From IMG/VR virus record IMGVR_UViG_3300045594_000630: DNA of 48,037 nt; one strand, 5' to 3'. This DNA is from a virus. This document shows, piece after piece, positions 18,101-27,854 of the stretch (positions are counted from its first letter, which is position 1; each line of letters begins with the position of its first letter). A program made the position numbers and the translations under genes. The notes below the pieces were generated by a model. That model saw only the letters and a program-made list of their open reading frames with translations, had not been told where the DNA came from and did no database searches.

Positions 18101-20340
18101 ATTCCGGGAGGAAGCCAGTCTATAAGATTACGCTCGAAAGCGGACGGTCAATCACCATCACGAAGGAACATCGTCTATTGACCACAAATGGCTATGGAAC
18201 GATAGATGACGGATTGCTTGCCGTAGGGTCTACGCTTATTACAGACGATATTGATCATGGATGGCCAGTGTCTGATGAAGATCGGAAACGCAGATCTAAT
18301 TATATGAAGACTCTTAACACAAGTGATGAGCAGAGAGATCGTGATGCTAAGAGAATGATCATTACACAATCCAAAATCACGCATGAACAAAGATGCTTAC
18401 ATCAACAAATGATTCAGAAGATTCATCCTCACAGAGGAGACAATAGCGTTGTGGCTATGCATAATAAGCTAAAGGAGCTCAGAAAAGACCCTGTATGGGT
18501 AGCTTCATATGCGCAAAGTCTTGCCACTAGGGGTCATGAAGGGTATAGAGGATATGGTCATGTGACCGCATTGTCTGATGGAAGACTATGTGATTCTTAT
18601 GTCGAGGCTGCTGCTGGAGAATATTTGCTATCTCGTGGAGTTGACTTCGAGCTTCATAAGCCAATTCCGAACCCGGTGAACGGTACCGTACGAATCTGCG
18701 ATTTTTACGCTGATGGGATCTACTTCGAGATGGATGGACTTAGTAGAGGAGAGAAGTGGTTCAGAGACAATAAATATGGGAACGATGTTCCGTTCGTCTA
18801 TATGACGCCAGAAGATTATATAGAAAAAATAGACGCTGCCTTAACGAGCATCCATGTTCACAATGGTGACAAGATCGTTTCGATATCGAAATATCCTCTT
18901 GATCATAGGGTCTATGACATTGAGATGGAACTTGACGGACCATCTAATTTCGTTGCGAATAAGGGCATCGTATCTCATAACAGCCACGCGGTGTCTTACG
19001 GTATCGTCGCGTACGAGACCGCGTACTTGAAGGCGCATTACCCTGCGGAGTTCTATGCGGCTCTGATGACGAACGACATCGGTGATAAGGACAAGCTGTA
19101 CGCACTGCTGCAATCATTGAGATCTCGTGGACTCACCGTTGGATCCATCAATGTGAACAATTCGACGAACGAGATCAACGCGGCCGTCAAGACCAAGCCG
19201 GGCGATCCGGACATCGTATTCGGATTCTCCATGATCAAGGGAATGAGTGACAAGGTCGGTGAGGAGATCGTGAAGGCCCGGAAGGCGAATGGAGGCACGT
19301 TCTCATCACTGGATGATTTCGTGAGGACGATCCCTGAAAGCATCTTGAGCGAGAAGATCATCAGGAATCTTGCTGATGTCGGGGCGTTCGAATGCTTCGG
19401 GCTGGGTAGGCGAAGGATATCTGAAGACGCCGAGAACATCGTGAAGAACGAGAAGAAGCGTAGATCTGTGAAGAGCAAGATGACCGGATCACTCTTCACA
19501 GCCGTCGGCCAAGCCCCGATAGGGAATAGCCATATCAAGCTCCCGGAGCTTGAGGAGCTGCCATGGACTGAGAGGCTGAAGAAGGAGTCAGATCTGATTG
19601 GCATGACGATCTCTGGCGAGCCGATTGATCATGTTGGACCCGGACTAGACTGGATCGTCTCGAATGAGCCTGATTACCGGAGCTATGTCCAGATCGATAC
19701 GCTTGCAGCCAGGAAGGCGGCCTTGGACGATGACAGCAATGGTGGCGGTGCAAGCGGGAAGAAGAAGAAGGAGATACTGACCGTCGGATTCTTTGAAAGC
19801 ATCGTGAAGAAGAAGCTGAGAAGCGGTGAAGGCTCATGGTACTCGTGCATCGTGAAGTATGATAGGAAGTCGATCAGTGCAAGGATCAGTGGATCAAGCG
19901 CTGCCGAGATCATCGAGTCTCTGGGCCGTGAACCAGATCTGTACCATGTCTATCTGATCCGTGGATCACTCGGATGGAACAATGATCTCACCATCGAGTC
20001 GCTAGACACCGTTGAGCTCGACCATGAAGGCAGGGCGCCGTTCGTCGTCAGGATCAAGGAGAAAGCACTGTCCAGGAAGAACGTCCAGGAGCTTCAGGAG
20101 AGGTTCAAGCATGATAAGTCTGCCACCGTTCCAGCATACTTCAACATAGCCAAGGAGAATGCTGACGGCAGCATGAACTATGATACGATGATGCGATGCG
20201 GGAAGGCGAATCTGACCACTGAATCGATCATTGAATATGAGAGGCTGGTCGGAAGGCAAAGATTGATGTCATGGAAGCAGTACTTCACCAGAAAGACCGT
20301 TGCTGATAAGAGCCGTAAGGATGACCAATCCGGGTCGTGA
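15133..20340 (+). CDS. dnaE: DNA polymerase III alpha subunit with intein
   Basis: PHP motifs HMHSHYSILDG, LTDHG, ATNDSHY; GRGSCGGS, LLFERFLNPERVSPPDVDTDF, THACGV, KMDFL, YQEQVM, YGFNK/SHA; AGGAGG SD favours ATG at 15133. Confidence 0.96.
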   Translation: MSSDGSGFVNLHMHSHYSILDGYATPEEYIRRAARLGQTALALTDHGNMYGIHEFIKTARDLSKSKDKKGHPQEPIFVKPIAGMEAYVAPLNPDGARCKQPVFYGGEDQRSDDVSAGGAYLHLTLLAINDVGFHNLIRLSTESFRRENFYKKQRIDQDMLARWNEGVVAFTGCPSGEVQTRLRLGQVDEAYDYARRMKELFPGRYYVEVMEHHMKRDLERDLLPMLVKMASDLDLPLVATNDSHYSAPSDAIHQEEMLCINQKGMVKDEDLQGNKISRPVNMTDAKRDEGGPRFAFDGDDYYLKSEEEMLKTFPDDKYPGAVSNTVKIANMAADWWSMAEDLGKKLPHAHGGMVDVREPSGKGFAYGSHGSHPSGWSQSVDPDVQKMIDDGDIALGPYDLSLNKGIRPKITIPDGWTERRWFQKKINDGFENRRVAAGDPPAVLNEAKKRISTEFPVFADNDFMQYMLVVQDYINAARSKGIAVGYGRGSCGGSEIAYDLDISRTDPIRHNLLFERFLNPERVSPPDVDTDFQASRKNEVLVYAKQKYGADKVANIITFGTFGCKTAFRDMAKIYTMAPFEVNKISKLIPDGSTEEGQPTMAAMYDPSSKWYAQAADFRRAVEAGGDRWSKIGKSAAAVEGRVRSTGTHACGVIMSDEQIVNRVPLCWESDEKKAASNVWVDCKVQWGYEACESLGLIKMDFLSLSDLDVVKNTLSNIEGINENVDELARSGSVSASVVKQLRAKGLEPPDLDALVHGPMDDKATYEMLGRGDSVGCFQLGSDGIRDLLRMMKPTVFDDIAAVNALYRPGPMKANAHIAYADRKNGREQVYVIDPILDKAFKGTPVEDILKPTWGCMVYQEQVMQISQRLCGYSRGGADSLRKAIGHKIPAEMERNHAKFVDGAMANNADGKYAYTREDVEALWQKIDAFSSYGFNKCADGSTNVYDEYWRTINIVDLLKRWNNGDRDIKIMSMWEDGTIRPHQVKNVVYSGRKPVYKITLESGRSITITKEHRLLTTNGYGTIDDGLLAVGSTLITDDIDHGWPVSDEDRKRRSNYMKTLNTSDEQRDRDAKRMIITQSKITHEQRCLHQQMIQKIHPHRGDNSVVAMHNKLKELRKDPVWVASYAQSLATRGHEGYRGYGHVTALSDGRLCDSYVEAAAGEYLLSRGVDFELHKPIPNPVNGTVRICDFYADGIYFEMDGLSRGEKWFRDNKYGNDVPFVYMTPEDYIEKIDAALTSIHVHNGDKIVSISKYPLDHRVYDIEMELDGPSNFVANKGIVSHNSHAVSYGIVAYETAYLKAHYPAEFYAALMTNDIGDKDKLYALLQSLRSRGLTVGSINVNNSTNEINAAVKTKPGDPDIVFGFSMIKGMSDKVGEEIVKARKANGGTFSSLDDFVRTIPESILSEKIIRNLADVGAFECFGLGRRRISEDAENIVKNEKKRRSVKSKMTGSLFTAVGQAPIGNSHIKLPELEELPWTERLKKESDLIGMTISGEPIDHVGPGLDWIVSNEPDYRSYVQIDTLAARKAALDDDSNGGGASGKKKKEILTVGFFESIVKKKLRSGEGSWYSCIVKYDRKSISARISGSSAAEIIESLGREPDLYHVYLIRGSLGWNNDLTIESLDTVELDHEGRAPFVVRIKEKALSRKNVQELQERFKHDKSATVPAYFNIAKENADGSMNYDTMMRCGKANLTTESIIEYERLVGRQRLMSWKQYFTRKTVADKSRKDDQSGS
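17944..18981 (+). mobile_element. Intein (346 aa) in DnaE with an internal PD-(D/E)xK-like endonuclease
   Basis: YGFNK|CADGST ... ITITKEHRLLT (block B) ... VYDIEM...NFVANKGIVSHN|SHA; lower GC than its flanks. Confidence 0.93.
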
Positions 20341-20390
20341 ACCGATATCTTCACCATATTGGAATAGTTCAATGATCATGGGAGGAAGTC

Positions 20391-22148
20391 GTGTCTAGAA
20401 GACGATATGACGATTTCTCAGCGTGGAACACTCCATCAAAGTCTCATAAGCATCGGGTCACGCCGCCGAAGTATTCGCTAGAAGGATGGAGTGATCCAGC
20501 GGACGATCATAAGTCAAGCGTCCCCATTGATCATTCGTCTAGTGGCCGCAGATCTGAACCCGATCCGTCTACAGGACATGCCGGCAGCCCTGAACGCACC
20601 GTGAAGACGCATCGTATCCACCCTGTATCCAGTCCGGCAAGCACTACTGATGACAGGAAGACGGACAGGACCGATGCTGACAAGATCGCCAGCACGGACA
20701 AGCAGACAGGATCAGACATCGGATTCGACATCCCATCTGAATCCAGATCTGCTCCGCCGGTGCATGACAATCCGGCTACTCCGATACCCGGGATCGATGA
20801 TGTTCTTGACATGAGTGATGACAGATCTGCGGTCAAGCAACTGCACGCAGATGACCGTCAGAACAATCCCTCAGGCCATGGAATAGACATGAAGAAGCAT
20901 GGCCTTAGCTACATGATGCAGCGCCATAAGAGGCATGCAGTACGTGATCCCAGACAGCTTGCCGAAGATCTTGGCGCGTTCAGGCCTGACGGCAATGATG
21001 AGGGCAAGAGCAAGCCAGATCTGGAGCCCCGTCAGAGCAAGCCTGCCGTCCGCTCTTCCCAGTCTCATATCAGTCAAGAACCGTCTCCTGAACCAGTCGA
21101 AGACCATGAGGCTGACATCCCCGCGTACGATGTGGATTCAGACTATGACGTCACACCTACAAGATCATACCCGACGGACAATGGCATCGGTTCTAATGCA
21201 GATCTAGTTGACCCGGATCTGAATGATGATCCATTAGATTCATCGAAGATCCCATCTGACGACGCTCCCATAGATTGGGGTGTAGACGATGACGACGTTG
21301 ATGACAGCAACCAGTTCGTCTTTGATGACCCGTCGAGCAAGGATAAGACTGAACCGGAATCAGATGATGACACGGAGTCTGCAGAGGATGCGGAACCGCA
21401 AGATGAAGATGATGGATCAGAAGCTGATGAACAGCAAGATGAATCTGACAGCAAGCCTGCCGGCGGATGGAAGCAGAAGCTGAGAAGACTGGCGGATCAG
21501 GCTAAGGCGGAGCTTCACGGTGAAGACGTCCCTGATGAAGACAATGCGGACAAGAGTGAAGACACTGAGGACGAGGGTGAAGACACTGAGGACAGATCTG
21601 ACGGTAAGGATGCGCCATCTGATAATGACCGGAAGTCGTCAAAGAACCCGGATCAGCATGATCATGGTGGATCAGGCCATCATTTCAATCTGCTCTCACC
21701 GATCACCGGGCTGTTCAGAGCGATCTTCGGTCTGCTGCATCTTACAGGGAGACTAGCGCGGGCCGTATTCAGCCTGGGCTCACTGTTCATCATCTTGTGG
21801 ATCGTGCTGGGTCTGGTCGCCGCGTTCACGGGCAACGGAACGTCATATGAAAGCAATGATGAGGGCACTGTCACCGTATCTGGTAAGAGCTTCAACGGAA
21901 CGACGGTAAGCATGACGATGAAGAACGATTCAGATCTGATTGCTCATGTCAGCGGTACAGCAACGGTGAAAGCATGGGCGCCAGATCTGAATCCAATAAG
22001 CTGGGTGAACCCTAAGATCGTTGCGTCTTGCACCGTGGATTCAGTCGACATCAATCCTGGGGAAACAAGATCAGTCGAATCAAAGCCTTGTGACGGTGCT
22101 GGCAATGGTGTATGGAAGCGCGTTGCTGTCAAGCTGATCTATGAATAA
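20391..22148 (+). CDS. Acidic low-complexity membrane protein with C-terminal extracellular domain
   Basis: GGAGG SD and GTG; long D/E/P/S-rich region, TM segment LFIILWIVLGLVAAF, beta-rich C-terminus with a Cys pair. Confidence 0.8.
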   Translation: MSRRRYDDFSAWNTPSKSHKHRVTPPKYSLEGWSDPADDHKSSVPIDHSSSGRRSEPDPSTGHAGSPERTVKTHRIHPVSSPASTTDDRKTDRTDADKIASTDKQTGSDIGFDIPSESRSAPPVHDNPATPIPGIDDVLDMSDDRSAVKQLHADDRQNNPSGHGIDMKKHGLSYMMQRHKRHAVRDPRQLAEDLGAFRPDGNDEGKSKPDLEPRQSKPAVRSSQSHISQEPSPEPVEDHEADIPAYDVDSDYDVTPTRSYPTDNGIGSNADLVDPDLNDDPLDSSKIPSDDAPIDWGVDDDDVDDSNQFVFDDPSSKDKTEPESDDDTESAEDAEPQDEDDGSEADEQQDESDSKPAGGWKQKLRRLADQAKAELHGEDVPDEDNADKSEDTEDEGEDTEDRSDGKDAPSDNDRKSSKNPDQHDHGGSGHHFNLLSPITGLFRAIFGLLHLTGRLARAVFSLGSLFIILWIVLGLVAAFTGNGTSYESNDEGTVTVSGKSFNGTTVSMTMKNDSDLIAHVSGTATVKAWAPDLNPISWVNPKIVASCTVDSVDINPGETRSVESKPCDGAGNGVWKRVAVKLIYE

Positions 22149-22199
22149 GCTTCCAGATATCACCATACTGTAATCATACGTTCAAATGCGGAGGCAATC

Positions 22200-22469
22200 A
22201 TGTTAGACGTCATAGAGTCGGAGGGCGGTGCTGAGACCGTTGAGATCATCATCGGTATCGTTGTCTTCGTCATCTTCGGCTTGACTGTCTTTGGCGTGGT
22301 TACGAACACGGCCGGCAAGAAGGCTGCTAAGATCTCGAACTGCTTCTCTGATGCAGGATGGCTGCTTGAATGGCATGCCAGAACGAACTCAGATACGTCT
22401 AAATGGACTTGTACTAATACTAAGTATGGTGAAGACCCTTCCACCGCGACGTACAACGGTCAGTCGTAA
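22200..22469 (+). CDS. Flp/type IVb-like pilin, paralogue 1
   Basis: Class III signal ESEGG|AETVE followed by hydrophobic IIIGIVVFVIFGLTVFG; GGAGG SD. Confidence 0.8.
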   Translation: MLDVIESEGGAETVEIIIGIVVFVIFGLTVFGVVTNTAGKKAAKISNCFSDAGWLLEWHARTNSDTSKWTCTNTKYGEDPSTATYNGQS

Positions 22470-22503
22470 AGAGCTTGTTCAATCCACGATCGTACTACAC
22501 CTT

Positions 22504-23286
22504 CTAAGCTGTCTTACTGGCCACGGCATTGTCCACAGTCTGACCCCACCATCGTGATCCAACGGTCTTGTACTTGACGCCATGCTCTTCACAGAATTCA
22601 AGCGTCCCATCGTGCGCTGATTCGCCGATCAGCCAGCACTCCGGATCTGACAAGCTCTTCATCGTGATAGCCGTCGGATCAGCATCTTCCATCATGACCC
22701 TCAGATCGTTGAAGATCTTGCTGCCGCTCCCATTCTTACTGATGTCCGTCAGCACGGCCTCACGGTACCTGAGAACTTGATAGACATCATTCTTCTTAGC
22801 TTTGCGCTTCACCTCGACTATGATCATCCTGTCAGTTCTCAGATCATATCCGGCAAGATCGATCTTCCCGTTTGACGTGGCCAGCTCGCGTCCAATGAAG
22901 ACAGTGTCTTCGCCGATGGTCTCATTCCAGATCTCAGGTCTTGACAACCATTCCTGCAACTGGCGCTCGGTTCCATTCACCATGGTATCAGCCGTGTCCT
23001 TCTCCATCGGGATCGTCAGGTCTAGCAACTTGTTGAAGACGATGACATCAATGGTCTCACCCTTCTTACTCTCCACGCTGATGATCGACTGGCCGGGCTC
23101 GTCGTCCGTCTCCGTCACGCTGGTCACATCAGTCATGTAGTTCACGGGCTTCACTCCTGTAGATCTATGGATGAGGAACGATCCGTCATCCTTGATGATG
23201 ATCAATCTCATACCGCGTCCACGTCTTGTGGATCCGCGCCCATCATAGTCTATCTCGCAGTCGGCCTTTATGATCCTCATAGACAT
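22504..23286 (-). CDS. nucS: Mismatch endonuclease NucS/EndoMS
   Basis: ADCEIDYDGR...RLIIIKDDGSFLIH...KPVNYM, GTERQLQ, GRELAT..GKIDL, IVEVKR, QVLRY. Confidence 0.88.
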   Translation of the reverse strand: MSMRIIKADCEIDYDGRGSTRRGRGMRLIIIKDDGSFLIHRSTGVKPVNYMTDVTSVTETDDEPGQSIISVESKKGETIDVIVFNKLLDLTIPMEKDTADTMVNGTERQLQEWLSRPEIWNETIGEDTVFIGRELATSNGKIDLAGYDLRTDRMIIVEVKRKAKKNDVYQVLRYREAVLTDISKNGSGSKIFNDLRVMMEDADPTAITMKSLSDPECWLIGESAHDGTLEFCEEHGVKYKTVGSRWWGQTVDNAVASKTA

Positions 23287-23357
23287 AGCATAGTACCACG
23301 GCGCGCCAACGGGTCATATCTGACTACGGATCGTCGTTCAGACGATATCTTCGTCTC

Positions 23358-25349
23358 ATGAATGATGTCTCCAGGAATGCATTCGATGGGATGGGACGCA
23401 GGATTCCAGGAACCTTGAAGGACGGGTCCACGGCTAAGATCCGGCATCCCGCCGTCCACAGAATGTCAACAGATGTACACAAGATCGCACAGACTGACAC
23501 CAAGACGGATGAGAAGCCCGTGAAGGTGAATGATAATGGATCTGCGTCCGCTCCGCGTACGATCCTTGAGGTCCCATTCGATCAACGGTACGAGGCCCGG
23601 AACGCTGGAGCCAAGTATGACAGCAAGCTGAAGATCAGCTACTATGAGGGCGATCTTCCCGACAAGCTCCGTCCGTGGAGATCTGAAGACTACTCGTACA
23701 CAAGATGGGTGGAAGACCAGATGAACGGCAAGCTCAGACCCGTCCAGCTAGGTCCGACCATGTTCAAGCCAAGACCACATCAGGTCGAGGCCGCCGTCAA
23801 GATCGGGTTAGCCTATCATAATGACCTGCCAGGATTCCTCATTGCTGACTCGACCGGTCTTGGCAAGACGCTCAGCATCGTTGCGGGCATCTGTAAGATC
23901 GCGAATGAGCGGGGAGCATCACGATCTAAGCGTCTGAAGGTTCTGATCTCATGTCCGAAAGGTGCGATGCCGGTATGGAGGCAGACCCTGAAAGCATATG
24001 CGGACAGCAAGCTCCTCCGCCCCATGATCTTGAACTATCAGCAACTTCAGAAGCTCTTGAAAGAGCCTCAAAGCATGAAGAAAGAGCTCAGGAATGCCCG
24101 CAAGGCGAAGACACGGACCGGCACCAAGCACGCGAAGAGCAGGGCGAACCGGAATCTTGCCCGTGACGGTGTTCCAACGATCCATTTCGATGTGATCGTA
24201 TATGATGAGAGCCATTACCTGAAGAACTACGGGTCAAGCAACATGAGTCTTGTGGCCGCGAACATCGCCTGTCTTCACGATCCGTACAAGAGGGGAAGAT
24301 CCCCATTCGTGATCTACTCCACGGCCACGCCGGGAAGCACGCCGTTGAACCTCGCGATCATGAGTCCGCTACTATCCAAGATCATTGACCCCGATCTGAA
24401 GACACCGGTTGATCCCAAGAACTGGGGACAGTTCCTGCATGATCATAAGTTCCATGTCAGCAGGAAGGATAGTCGTAGCCCGTGGACATGGATCACGGTT
24501 CCATGGTACGGCGCGAAGTCTGACGATCCCAAGGAGAAGGCGCGTTACGAGAAGAGCAAGCAGAAGGTGGTTGATCTTCAGAATTCGGACACTGAACGCA
24601 TCGGACAGGCATGGAACGGATCCAAGGGGTACATCGCCAGGGATCCATCTGATGTCCGTGGATGGCCGATCCAGCAGGTCGAGCCGTACTACATCGAATT
24701 GGACGCTGAGGGCCGTGAAGCGTATGATGAGGCGTGGACAAGATTCAGAACATTCTTGAAGCTCAAGAGCAGGGGACAGACGGATCCGAAGGGCGCGCTG
24801 GTCGAGAATCTTCGGTTCCGGCAGAAGGCTTCACTGCTGAAAGCACCGATGATAGCAGAGCATGCGTCCGATCTTGTCCAGGATGGCAAGCAAGTGTTCA
24901 TCGGCTGCCAGTTCTTGGAGACCGTGGACATGATCGAGAGAGTGCTGTCCTCGAGACGGGTGAAATGGACTGAGGTGTCAGGCCGCGTTGAGGACAAGAT
25001 CGCGAACAGGCTTGTCTTCCAGCGTGGAGAGGCCAAGGTCGTGATCTGCACGGTGACGGAGGCCGTATCATTCCATGCGGGTGAGATCCTCCCTGATGGC
25101 ACGCGGGCTACAGATGCTGACAGGGTGACGATCATGGCTGACATCAGGCAGAATCCGAATGACTGCATCCAGCAGATGGGTAGATGCCATCGTGAGGGCA
25201 AGCATTCGCTCTGCGAGTTCCCCGTGATCCTGGACACGGTCGACGTCAAGGTCATGGACTCATTCATCAGCAAGGCGAGGAATCTGAAGAAGATGAAGGC
25301 GGAGGACGATCCGGACTACCTGGATCGCGTATTCGAGGAGATCGCATGA
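23358..25349 (+). CDS. SF2 (SNF2-like) helicase with N-terminal DUF5710-like domain
   Basis: LIADSTGLGKT, YDESH, STATP, QQMGRCHR; LEVPFDQRYEARNAGAKYD. Confidence 0.85.
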   Translation: MNDVSRNAFDGMGRRIPGTLKDGSTAKIRHPAVHRMSTDVHKIAQTDTKTDEKPVKVNDNGSASAPRTILEVPFDQRYEARNAGAKYDSKLKISYYEGDLPDKLRPWRSEDYSYTRWVEDQMNGKLRPVQLGPTMFKPRPHQVEAAVKIGLAYHNDLPGFLIADSTGLGKTLSIVAGICKIANERGASRSKRLKVLISCPKGAMPVWRQTLKAYADSKLLRPMILNYQQLQKLLKEPQSMKKELRNARKAKTRTGTKHAKSRANRNLARDGVPTIHFDVIVYDESHYLKNYGSSNMSLVAANIACLHDPYKRGRSPFVIYSTATPGSTPLNLAIMSPLLSKIIDPDLKTPVDPKNWGQFLHDHKFHVSRKDSRSPWTWITVPWYGAKSDDPKEKARYEKSKQKVVDLQNSDTERIGQAWNGSKGYIARDPSDVRGWPIQQVEPYYIELDAEGREAYDEAWTRFRTFLKLKSRGQTDPKGALVENLRFRQKASLLKAPMIAEHASDLVQDGKQVFIGCQFLETVDMIERVLSSRRVKWTEVSGRVEDKIANRLVFQRGEAKVVICTVTEAVSFHAGEILPDGTRATDADRVTIMADIRQNPNDCIQQMGRCHREGKHSLCEFPVILDTVDVKVMDSFISKARNLKKMKAEDDPDYLDRVFEEIA

Positions 25350-26734
25350 AGTTCATCCGTGACCACAAGATCGTCCTCATCTTGGCGATCCCTCAGATCG
25401 TCTGCCTGATCATATTCTGGCCGGGTCAGATCCAGTATGATCATCTTGTCGAGATCGTCAGCGTGAACTCGTCATACATCAGTGAATGGCATAGCGTCAT
25501 ATGGGGATGGGTGGCCAGTGCCATCATGATGCATACGGGAACGATGGGGATATACGGATCATTACAAGTCCTGATCCAGATACTGATAGAATGGACTGCA
25601 CTCGACGTCTTACGGAAGACCGGCATCGTCAATGACAGATGGATCACGGTTCTGGCCATTGTCTACGGACTGTCCCCATGCTACCTGATGTACGGACTGC
25701 TATGGGGAACGGATACTGTCTTCGCCCTGCTCATGCTTCTCGTGACCACACTGATGATACAGTATGCGCACGATCATGCGGTCATGACCAGTCGGAGCTG
25801 GATGATCACCATGATCACATCATTGTTCTTCATCTCCCAGTTCAGGAAGAACGCTATTCTTATCCCCGTCATCATTGGTGCCAGCCTCCTGTTCACATCG
25901 GGCAGGAAGATACGGCCGATCATCGTCCTTGCCGTTCCGCTGTTGATGACAGGCCTGGTAGCGCTATCGTTCTCAATGATCGGCACTCATCCCTCGCCAG
26001 TGCAAGAACTGCTGTCAGTTCCATCCCAGCAGGTCGGTCTCGTCGCCAAGTCTAACGGATCCGTATCCGATGCTGCAAGGAAGGAGTTCGAGAAGGTCCG
26101 TCCGTGGTCGAAGTGGGCAAGCGAGTACAAGCCTACTGACGCTGACTTCGAGAAGGAAGGCATAACTGACGCCGGAGGATTCATGAAAGCATGGATGGAG
26201 ACCGGAGCCCGCAATCCGGGTCTGTACGTGCAAGCATGGTACGATCTCATGTACCCGTACTGGAAGATCACCGTAGACTATTCGAACGAGGTCCATGTTG
26301 ACGATGTCCCGGCAGACTTCATGAACATGGACAAGTATCGTGATCACATCTGTCTGCAGGACAACTACTCATGCTATAGCGGAGCAGCGGTCAGCCAGAT
26401 GTCAAGCATGGCCAGCCATAATGAGCGTACTGAATGGTTGTCTAACGTGTACGGATGGGTCATCAACAGTAAGCTGCCGATCATTCCAGATCTGTTCATC
26501 ATCCTGTTCTTCGACGCTGCGCTTCCGCTCATCTCCCTGCTGTCCTCATTCTGCATCGCCGGGCGGAAGCGAAGATGGCTGCTGATCTTCACGCCGGCTG
26601 TCTTCATCATGCTGACACTGCTTGCATTCTCACCGATAGCCATGCACAGGTACGCTATCGAGCTGTACTGGATCATACCCGTACTGTTCGCCTGGTCAAT
26701 ATCCGATAGGAAGGGGATCCAATGTCATCAATAG
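25346..26734 (+). CDS. Multi-TM membrane protein, DUF6020/GT-C glycosyltransferase-like
   Basis: About 10 hydrophobic segments; FWPG...YD...SEWH, FRKNA, NPGLYVQAW, C-terminal HRY; overlaps the GT2 gene. Confidence 0.6.
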   Translation: MKFIRDHKIVLILAIPQIVCLIIFWPGQIQYDHLVEIVSVNSSYISEWHSVIWGWVASAIMMHTGTMGIYGSLQVLIQILIEWTALDVLRKTGIVNDRWITVLAIVYGLSPCYLMYGLLWGTDTVFALLMLLVTTLMIQYAHDHAVMTSRSWMITMITSLFFISQFRKNAILIPVIIGASLLFTSGRKIRPIIVLAVPLLMTGLVALSFSMIGTHPSPVQELLSVPSQQVGLVAKSNGSVSDAARKEFEKVRPWSKWASEYKPTDADFEKEGITDAGGFMKAWMETGARNPGLYVQAWYDLMYPYWKITVDYSNEVHVDDVPADFMNMDKYRDHICLQDNYSCYSGAAVSQMSSMASHNERTEWLSNVYGWVINSKLPIIPDLFIILFFDAALPLISLLSSFCIAGRKRRWLLIFTPAVFIMLTLLAFSPIAMHRYAIELYWIIPVLFAWSISDRKGIQCHQ

Positions 26735-27642
26735 CCGTGATCATACCATGCTTGAATGAGGCGCAGACGATCGGTAAGGTAGTCACCGATTTCAGGAGGG
26801 AGCTGCCAGACGCTGACATCTACGTCTATGACAATGCAAGCACTGATGCTACCATCCATGAAGGCATCACGCACGGAGCGATCATCAGGAAGGTGAAGAA
26901 CCGCGGTAAGGGCCATGTCCTCAGATCTGCGCTCAGAGACATCACCGCTGACCGGTACGTACTCGTGGATGGTGATGACACGTACCCTGCGGACGCGATC
27001 CATGATCTGCTTGACGAACTTGATGACGGATATGATCTCGTGGTCGGTGACAGGCTGTCTTCAACGTACTTCACTGAGAACAAGAGACCATTCCATAACG
27101 TCGGCAACAGGGTGGTCCGTGGAGCGATCAACTGGGCGTTCCATGCTCACGTGAAGGACGTCATGAGCGGGTATCGCGTCTTCAATCGCAGATTCGCCAA
27201 GACGTACGCTGTTCTCAGCGATGGATTCGAGGTTGAGACCGAGATGACGATCCATGCCCTGGACAAGCGTCTCAGGGTGGCCGAGGTTCCGATCACGTAC
27301 AGGGACAGGCCGGAGGGATCACATAGCAAGCTCAAGACGTTCAGTGACGGCTTCAAGGTGCTGAACCTGATCCTGCGCCTGTTCTATAAGCATCGTCCGC
27401 TTCCATTCTTCTGCGGGAGCGGAACGATCATCATGCTGGTCGGCACCCTGCTGACATTCAGTGTCTTCATGGACTACTGGAAGACCGGAGTCGTCCTCAG
27501 ATTCCCCACGCTGATAGGATCCGTCATGCTGATCGTACTCGGTGTGATCTGCTTCTTCACCGGTCTGATACTCGATGTGATCGCGAGGAATGATCGTGAG
27601 AAGTTCTCGATCGAGGCTGAGATTCTCTGCTCGAATCGATGA
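26722..27642 (+). CDS. GT2 polyprenol-phosphate glycosyltransferase (GtrB/DPM-synthase-like)
   Basis: IIPCLNEAQTI, YDNASTD, RGKG, VDGDDTY, DVMSGYR, FEVETE; two C-terminal TM helices. Confidence 0.92.
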   Translation: MSSIAVIIPCLNEAQTIGKVVTDFRRELPDADIYVYDNASTDATIHEGITHGAIIRKVKNRGKGHVLRSALRDITADRYVLVDGDDTYPADAIHDLLDELDDGYDLVVGDRLSSTYFTENKRPFHNVGNRVVRGAINWAFHAHVKDVMSGYRVFNRRFAKTYAVLSDGFEVETEMTIHALDKRLRVAEVPITYRDRPEGSHSKLKTFSDGFKVLNLILRLFYKHRPLPFFCGSGTIIMLVGTLLTFSVFMDYWKTGVVLRFPTLIGSVMLIVLGVICFFTGLILDVIARNDREKFSIEAEILCSNR

Positions 27643-27854
27643 TCTGAAACTGTTGCAGATCGGTTAGATTGCGCTTTCCGACGACCATAGATAGGTTCTT
27701 GCATTTTCACGAGAATGTAACGCTATTGATGGACTCTTGAAAATGGCTACTCGTGACTCAATCTAGTGATATCTTCATTGCGTGGAACGTGCGGGAATGC
27801 GCGCTTCATGGGAAACAAAAGGTAAGAAACGCGCATAACATGGAGGTTCCTATC

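Noticed and set aside
21555-21595. Tandem GTGAAGACACTGAGGAC duplication
   Set aside because: In-frame low-complexity acidic coding repeat (EDTED), not an array
27753-27854. N-terminal extension of pilin 2
   Set aside because: The GGAGG SD precedes ATG at 27855, the paralogues have short leaders, and the extension covers the putative promoter
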